Origin: a bacterium
GTDB taxonomy: Bacteria > J088 > JAWLBW01
Direction: 5' to 3'
Assembly (NCBI GenBank): GCA_041690355.1
Contig: JAWLHK010000025.1
Span: 1 to 64,000, forward strand
Length of the DNA: 64,000 nucleotides
Shown here: positions 57,934 through 64,000 of the stretch, piece by piece
Layout of the letters: the number at the start of each line of letters is the position of its first letter
Position numbering within the stretch: position 1 is the stretch's first letter
The notes under the pieces: generated by a model
Database searches by the model: none
What the model saw: the letters and a program-made list of their open reading frames with translations, nothing else
Told to the model about the DNA's origin: nothing
Made by a program: the position numbers and the translations under genes

Positions 57934-60356
57934 GTGCCTGATTCCCTGATGCCGAAAGGCGTTGAGCACCTTTTCAATCACGACTTCGACCGCCACATCT
58001 TTTCAATCACGACTTCGACCGCCACATCGGCAGTGCCTGATTCCCTGATGCCGAAAGGCGTTGAGCACAAGGCCAGATACTCCATCTATTCCCGCACGAT
58101 CAAGGTGCCTGATTCCCTGATGCCGAAAGGCGTTGAGCACCCCCGAAATCCAAGCCGGTAGAGCTGCGAGTCCAGTGCCTGATTCCCTGATGCCGAAAGG
58201 CGTTGAGCACAGAATCCTAGCCATTGACCCGGGCACCGTCGAGAGTGCCTGATTCCCTGATGCCGAAAGGCGTTGAGCACAATACACGGGGTGCCTCGTC
58301 AACACGCTGACGCTCGTGCCTGATTCCCTGATGCCGAAAGGCGTTGAGCACTAAATATGGAGCGTTGGGTTGGCGTTGTTAAACTTAGTGCCTGATTCCC
58401 TGATGCCGAAAGGCGTTGAGCACGCATGGAGTACTACCGTGGGCTCCTAGACGAGTGCGCGTGCCTGATTCCCTGATGCCGAAAGGCGTTGAGCACGACG
58501 CAGCGGTTCCCGTCTGATTCCTTCCGGGGCTAGTGCCTGATTCCCTGATGCCGAAAGGCGTTGAGCACATGAGCCGCGTAACTACCGCATGGGCGATGAC
58601 AAGTGCCTGATTCCCTGATGCCGAAAGGCGTTGAGCACGTGCTCCCGCTCAAGCAGGTGACGCAGCTTGCCCGCGTGCCTGATTCCCTGATGCCGAAAGG
58701 CGTTGAGCACACGTTACTGATTCATCCGGGGCGGCGGCGAACGGGAGTGCCTGATTCCCTGATGCCGAAAGGCGTTGAGCACGACGGACGCAGCCGCAGC
58801 CGCGGGGATCGTCCGGAGTGCCTGATTCCCTGATGCCGAAAGGCGTTGAGCACTGATCATAGCCGGCCACAATTTGACGGCCGCCGACAGCGTGCCTGAT
58901 TCCCTGATGCCGAAAGGCGTTGAGCACCAGAGCTTGCAGGCCATGCCCGGACCCTCGTGGATCGTGCCTGATTCCCTGATGCCGAAAGGCGTTGAGCACA
59001 TCTTCGATGAGCCGATTGACGAGTATCACGATAATGTGCCTGATTCCCTGATGCCGAAAGGCGTTGAGCACACGACCTATCAGGGAGAGGGATGGGCCGG
59101 TCAGATGTGCCTGATTCCCTGATGCCGAAAGGCGTTGAGCACGAGCAACCCCGTTTCCTCATTCACCGTGTACTCAAAGTGCCTGATTCCCTGATGCCGA
59201 AAGGCGTTGAGCACATCGTTCCCCAGAACGCAAGTATCCAGAAATCAGGTGCCTGATTCCCTGATGCCGAAAGGCGTTGAGCACAGGCGTACTCGCAAGG
59301 GTGGGAGGCCGGTTTCGAGGCGTGCCTGATTCCCTGATGCCGAAAGGCGTTGAGCACAAAGGGTTATTGGTAAACCTAACTTGGTGCCTGTAGTGCCTGA
59401 TTCCCTGATGCCGAAAGGCGTTGAGCACATCAGGCCCCCCGTGTCTCCTGCGAACGTTTGGATGTGCCTGATTCCCTGATGCCGAAAGGCGTTGAGCACC
59501 AGCTAGCCCGGACGGATACCGGCGAAATTGTAGACGGTGCCTGATTCCCTGATGCCGAAAGGCGTTGAGCACGGTCAAAGAGGGGGACTGTGGCTTTGGC
59601 CATGGGTTGTGCCTGATTCCCTGATGCCGAAAGGCGTTGAGCACACGTACAGTGCCCCGTGCGCCCGCTGCTTGCGGAAGTGCCTGATTCCCTGATGCCG
59701 AAAGGCGTTGAGCACCCTTCCTGAGTAGGCGCACTGACGGGGTGCGCGAGATGTGCCTGATTCCCTGATGCCGAAAGGCGTTGAGCACGCCTGATCGCCG
59801 TGGAGGGTGAACTGGCGGCGGATCGTGCCTGATTCCCTGATGCCGAAAGGCGTTGAGCACTGGTCCATCCTGCACCTTGAGGCCACCGGGCGCAAGTGCC
59901 TGATTCCCTGATGCCGAAAGGCGTTGAGCACCTGATCCTCTCTCTCGATAGGTCCGGCCCCCGCCGCGTGCCTGATTCCCTGATGCCGAAAGGCGTTGAG
60001 CACATGTCGGAAACGATGTACTCTCGCTCCTCGTCTTGTGCCTGATTCCCTGATGCCGAAAGGCGTTGAGCACCCGAGGTAGAAGAATGGCGTGTTGCTG
60101 CTGCTCGTGCCTGATTCCCTGATGCCGAAAGGCGTTGAGCACCCGCGGAAGGATGGCATCTACGGCGCGGCGGCCATGTGCCTGATTCCCTGATGCCGAA
60201 AGGCGTTGAGCACGCAAGGTGAACGAGTTTTCGTGCACGACGTTCTCCAGTGCCTGATTCCCTGATGCCGAAAGGCGTTGAGCACCTGATTGCCCCGTGG
60301 TCGCGGATCTGCGTCAGGATGTGCCTGATTCCCTGATGCCGAAAGGCGTTGAACGA
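57934..60356 (+). CRISPR. CRISPR array: 34 repeats (GTGCCTGATTCCCTGATGCCGAAAGGCGTTGAGCAC, 36 bp) and 33 spacers
   Basis: Counted directly. Spacers are 33-38 bp except spacer 1 (63 bp). The last repeat (60321) has a degenerate 3' end (TTGAACGA). Internal hairpin TGATGCC-GAAA-GGCGTTG. Confidence 0.99.
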
Positions 60357-60381
60357 AGTATCTGCAGATCGGCACCCGATT

Positions 60382-60470
60382 TGAAGGCGTGGAGGACGAT
60401 GGCCGGAGCCTGGAACTGCGTCGCGGCCGATCGAGTCCCTGATTGCTTGACGCCGAGTGGCAATCCGAAT
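60382..60470 (+). repeat. Degenerate CRISPR repeat half / 37-nt spacer-like segment / degenerate repeat
   Basis: AAGGCGTGGAGGAC (ends 60397) matches 12 of the last 14 repeat bases. GTCCCTGATTGCTTGACGCCGAGTGGC (60435-60461) matches 21 of the first 27. Confidence 0.7.
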
Positions 60471-60870
60471 TTTCCTCAGTCCGTGCTGTCCAAGACAGGG
60501 ATCGGGTGCCGGATGGAGTTGTGAGAATCCGTCAACGCCGTTCTCGGCAGCCGCGCGTCGATGAAGCAGGTTGTCGCCTTACACACCCGCCGGATACCGT
60601 TCGCCCCGCGCGCGTCGAGGCGCCAGAGTGTCGACGCGAAGATACTCGTGGCAGGAGCACCGAGCGAGTATATTGCTCTCGAACACGCTGCTCACGCGAG
60701 GCTGGCCCTTCGAGACGCCGGTGTCGACGTGCGCGTCGAACGATGCCGACTCGTGGAGCCCTGCTCGTCGAAGGACCGGCCCCTCAAGGGCGAACGGTCA
60801 CGGGCTGAGCCCATTTTGGAGACGACTGACTGCCCTTCGGGGTAAGGTCCTTGCTTCGTGCTCGCTTCAC

Positions 60871-60901
60871 CCGACGTCCGGCGTCCGACGTCCGGCGTCC
60901 G
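60871..60901. repeat. 7-bp tandem repeat (CCGRCGT, 4 units) abutting the recG stop
   Basis: ccgacgt ccggcgt ccgacgt ccggcgt ccg. Confidence 0.9.
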
Positions 60902-61029
60902 CCTCACCCCACCAGCATCCCTTTGTCGCGCCAGGTCTCTTCGAGCCAGAGGCGTAGGGCCGCGTGGTCGTCACGCTGGAGTTCCGGGTCGCCTTCGAGG
61001 ATGCGCAGGGCCGCATCACGGGCCGCGCC
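60900..61029 (-). repeat. Direct repeat, right copy (3' end of the intact recG)
   Basis: Matches 49230-49359 with one mismatch. Confidence 0.97.
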
Positions 61030-63348
61030 GAGCATGCGGGCATCGCGGACGGGATTGGCGACGTTGAGGGAGGGGAGGCCGCTTTGCCGCGTGCCGAGAA
61101 GATCCCCGGAACCGCGGATCTCCAGGTCGGCTTCGGCGATACGGAAACCGTCATTGGTTTCCGTCATGATCCCCAGGCGCGCCGCCGCGTCGCCGCGAGG
61201 CAGGTGGTCGACCCGCAGAAAGCAGTAGCTGTGGTCGCTGCCGCGGCCGACGCGCCCGCGCAGCTGGTGCAGCTGCGAGAGCCCGAAGCGGTCGGCGTGC
61301 TCGATGACCATGAGCGTCGCGTTGGGCACGTCGACGCCGACCTCGATGACGGTAGTGGAAACGAGGACGCCCGTCTCGCCGCGCAGGAAGCGGCCCATGG
61401 CGGCATCCTTCTCCGCCGCGCTCATGCGGCCGTGCAGGAGGTCGACGCGCGTCTCCGGCAGGGCGCGGGCCAGCAGTTCTGCCGCGCGCGTGGCGTCCTT
61501 GAGGTCGACCTTCTCGCTTTCTTCAATGAGCGGAAACACCCAGTAGGCCTGCCGCCCGGCCGCCAGCTCGGTTTTCAGGCGCCCCATGAGACCGCGCCGG
61601 TCGGTCTCGTCGGCGATGAGCACCGTTTCGACCGGCTTCCTTCCGGGCGGCATTTCGTCGAGCACCGAGACGTCCAGATCGCCATAGAGCGTCATGGCGA
61701 GCGTACGGGGAATCGGGGTGGCCGTCATGATCAGCACATGCGGCGGTTCCCCCTCGACGGCGGCCAACTTCGCGCGCTGGTGCACGCCGAAGCGGTGCTG
61801 CTCGTCGATAATCGCCAGCGCCAGCCGCGTGAAGCCGACTTCGGGCTCGATGAGCGCATGGGTCCCCACGACCACCATCGGTTCGCCTGCGGCCAGCCGG
61901 TCGCGGATCTCGCGCCGTTCCGCCGCTTTCGTGCTCCCCGTGAGCAGGCGGCTCTCGATACCGAGGGGATCCAGATAGCGCTTCGTGTTCCGCAGATGCT
62001 GTTCCGCAAGCAGCTCGGTGGGGGCCATGAGCGCCGCCTGGAATCCGGCGCGCACGGTCGCCGCCGCGGCGCCGAGAGCCACCAGGGTCTTGCCGCTGCC
62101 GACGTCACCCTGCACGAGGCGGTGCATCGGGGCGCCGCGGGCGAGATCCACGCCGATCTCCGCCAGGCTGCGCACCTGCGCGCCCGTGAGGGGAAAGGGG
62201 AGGGTCGCGCGAAACTGGTCCACCACGGCATCCGTCTGCGGAACCACCGCCGCGCGCTTCTTCGCGTATCCCGCTTTGCGGATCAGCATGCCGAGGGCGA
62301 TGAGCAGAAACTCGTCGAACACAAGCCGCTGCCGCGGCGGGTAGGCCGGATCGGCCGGGTCGGCTTCCTTGTGGCGCGGCAGGTGCATCTCGCGCAGCGC
62401 CCGATCGCGCGAATGCAGGCGCCAGTCTCTCCGGATCTCCGGCGGGAGCGGATCTTCGAGCTTCGCCTCCGTTCGCGCGAGCACCTCGCCCACCCACGCG
62501 CGCAGATTGCGGCTCGTGATCCCCTCGGTCTCGGAATAGACGGGGAGCATGCCGCGCGCGAGCTTGCCTGGCTGGCCAACATCGGGATGGATGAAGGAGG
62601 GGCGCCCCTCGAAGAACTCCAGCGTGCCCGCGGCCTCGATGGGCTGGCCGATGGCGAAGCTGCGCTGCAGGAAGTCCTTCTGCGGCTTGCTCGCGCGGAA
62701 CCAGATGAGGGCCAGCCCGGGTCCGCTGTCGAGCGCCATGTCGATGCGGAAGGCCTGGGGAAACCGGCGCAGCCGCATATCGCCGCGGGCGACCACCCGC
62801 CCCTGGACGAGCGCCATCGCCCCCCCGGGCACTCCGCTGAGCGTGCGCCGCTCTTCGCGGTTTTCGTAGCGGTGGGGGAGCCAGTACAGCAGGTCCTTGA
62901 AGTTGCGCAGCCCTTTGCCGATGAGCACGTCGGCGCGCTTGCGGCCGATGCCGGCCAGCTCGGTGAGCGGCGTGCGCAGAAGGTCTTCGGAGGCCCGCCA
63001 GCGCGTGACATCGGGCGGGCGATCGGGTTCCGGCTCGTCGGCTGGCCCCGCGGACTCCGCTTCGGCCGCCAGGCCGGGCGGCGCCGAAGCGGAAGCGGGC
63101 AGAAAATCCTCGGCCGCGCCGCCGAGGATCGCGAGCGCGCGCAGGTGCCGTGCGCGGCGCTCCTCTTCGGACAGGGTGCCCCAGCCCGTCAGGTTCTCGC
63201 GCAGCTTGCGCGCGACGAGGCCGTCTCCGTACGCTCCGAGCAGGCGCAACACCTGGCCGGCATAGGCCGTGGCGGCCGGTTCGAGGCCGGCAAGCCCCGC
63301 GCGCAGCTGCGCCCGGGCGGCGGGGGTATCGGGGTCGGGGCTGCTCAT
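60904..63348 (-). CDS. recG: ATP-dependent DNA helicase RecG
   Basis: Wedge domain; RL.FDE; QGDVGSGKT; MAPTELLAEQH; IIDEQHRFGV.QR; MTATPIPRTL; QLHQLRGRVGRG; DGF.IAE.DLEIRG.G. Confidence 0.98.
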   Translation of the reverse strand: MSSPDPDTPAARAQLRAGLAGLEPAATAYAGQVLRLLGAYGDGLVARKLRENLTGWGTLSEEERRARHLRALAILGGAAEDFLPASASAPPGLAAEAESAGPADEPEPDRPPDVTRWRASEDLLRTPLTELAGIGRKRADVLIGKGLRNFKDLLYWLPHRYENREERRTLSGVPGGAMALVQGRVVARGDMRLRRFPQAFRIDMALDSGPGLALIWFRASKPQKDFLQRSFAIGQPIEAAGTLEFFEGRPSFIHPDVGQPGKLARGMLPVYSETEGITSRNLRAWVGEVLARTEAKLEDPLPPEIRRDWRLHSRDRALREMHLPRHKEADPADPAYPPRQRLVFDEFLLIALGMLIRKAGYAKKRAAVVPQTDAVVDQFRATLPFPLTGAQVRSLAEIGVDLARGAPMHRLVQGDVGSGKTLVALGAAAATVRAGFQAALMAPTELLAEQHLRNTKRYLDPLGIESRLLTGSTKAAERREIRDRLAAGEPMVVVGTHALIEPEVGFTRLALAIIDEQHRFGVHQRAKLAAVEGEPPHVLIMTATPIPRTLAMTLYGDLDVSVLDEMPPGRKPVETVLIADETDRRGLMGRLKTELAAGRQAYWVFPLIEESEKVDLKDATRAAELLARALPETRVDLLHGRMSAAEKDAAMGRFLRGETGVLVSTTVIEVGVDVPNATLMVIEHADRFGLSQLHQLRGRVGRGSDHSYCFLRVDHLPRGDAAARLGIMTETNDGFRIAEADLEIRGSGDLLGTRQSGLPSLNVANPVRDARMLGAARDAALRILEGDPELQRDDHAALRLWLEETWRDKGMLVG

Positions 63349-63372
63349 GGCGGGAAAGGTGCTCCCGCCGTA

Positions 63373-64000
63373 TCAGAAGACGCTGATCTTGATGTAGCGC
63401 CCCGGGTTTTCTTTCATGTCGGCGATCAGGGCGCGCAGCTCGGCCAGGGTATCCTGCAGCGACGTGTGCAGCTCCTCGGAGGACAACGTCTTGCCGGCCG
63501 TCCCTTCGCCGGCCTCGACCTTGGCCATCACGTTGTCGAGGCGCGCCAGCGCCGAGTGGGCTTTGCCCATCGTGTCGCGCGCTTCGTCGTACAGCTGCGG
63601 ATCCTGCACCAGCTTCGCCAGGGTTCCCTCACCGCGGCGGATCTCGGTGACCAGGCCCTTGACCTCGTCGTAGAGTCCCGGATCGTTCAGCAGGCGGGCC
63701 AGCGAGCCGTCGCCGTGCTGCATCTGTTCGGTGAACTGCGAGAGGTTGGCCGTGATGCGCTCGAGATTGTCGTAGAGGGTCTGATCCTTGACGAACCGGC
63801 CGAACGAACCTTTGCCTTCGTTGATGTCCTGGCTCACGACGCGGAAGTTCTCGACGATGCGCGCGATGTTGCGCACGGTTACCGTTGCTTCATCGACGAG
63901 CAGCGACCAGTCGGTGGGCGGGATGGCTTCGATGCGGCCCCTGTGCTCGAGCACAGGCGCGCCCGTGGAGCCAAGCGTGATGGCGATGATCTTGTCGCCG
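63373..64000 (-). CDS. MlaD/MCE family protein (5' end outside the window)
   Basis: GDKII.IT.G, repeated GEG(T/S)L.KL..D..LY units, C-terminal D.KENP.RY...SVF. Confidence 0.85.
   Translation of the reverse strand, partial: GDKIIAITLGSTGAPVLEHRGRIEAIPPTDWSLLVDEATVTVRNIARIVENFRVVSQDINEGKGSFGRFVKDQTLYDNLERITANLSQFTEQMQHGDGSLARLLNDPGLYDEVKGLVTEIRRGEGTLAKLVQDPQLYDEARDTMGKAHSALARLDNVMAKVEAGEGTAGKTLSSEELHTSLQDTLAELRALIADMKENPGRYIKISVF

Larger units (their letters stand above)
49230..61029. mobile_element. CRISPR-Cas genomic island inserted at the recG 3' end (no integrase seen)
   Basis: Flanking 130-bp direct repeats; interior genes visibly richer in A/T-ending codons than the flanks. Confidence 0.75.

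Noticed and set aside
57970-60320. Self-targeting spacers within the window
   Set aside because: Only 10-12 nt matches were noticed (e.g. spacer 31 vs rpoB, spacer 24 vs hemD), as expected by chance in GC-rich DNA. The check was by eye, not exhaustive.
57934-60524. Many ORFs with repeated VPDSLMPKGVEH or VLNAFRHQGIRH peptides
   Set aside because: These are translations of the CRISPR repeats.
60471-60870. Short ORFs between the array and recG (e.g. 60561-60845) as an integrase or toxin remnant
   Set aside because: No SD and no recognisable motif; cannot be supported without a database search.
49230-61029. CRISPR-associated transposon (type I-B CAST) or casposon interpretation
   Set aside because: No tnsABC/tniQ, polB or terminal inverted repeats seen. 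Cas3 is intact, and the flanking repeat is 130 bp rather than a short target-site duplication.

Overview
High-GC bacterial chromosome window. The gene content suggests a deltaproteobacterium or Myxococcota relative (ccsA-hemA-hemC-cobA/hemD-hemB operon, MJ0042-type zinc-ribbon/TPR protein, Myxococcus-type CRISPR-Cas); this placement is inferred, not proven. Housekeeping genes: priA, uvrA, a NUDIX hydrolase, the heme operon, tRNA-Leu(CAA), a free-standing rpoBC operon, recG and a partial mlaD. Other genes include a TetR-ALDH/GMC oxidoreductase catabolic cluster, cstA, a vapBC pair, lipoproteins and an ankyrin-repeat protein. The main accessory element is an ~11.8 kb island (49230-61029) with a complete type I-B MYXAN/Cmx CRISPR-Cas locus: cas6, cas3, cas8 with an internal cas11 start, cas7, cas5, cas4-cas1, cas2, and 34 repeats/33 spacers. 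It is bracketed by a 130-bp direct repeat of the recG 3' end (one synonymous mismatch) but encodes no recognisable integrase or transposase. Other oddities: a degenerate repeat-spacer-repeat unit after the array, a tandemly duplicated newest spacer, a histone-H1-like protein fused to a possibly SCP2-like domain, a zinc-finger/CarH-like B12-binding protein, two small ORFs missed by the ORF track, and many unrelated 7-bp tandem arrays between genes. All family assignments come from motif recognition by eye; no database searches were run.
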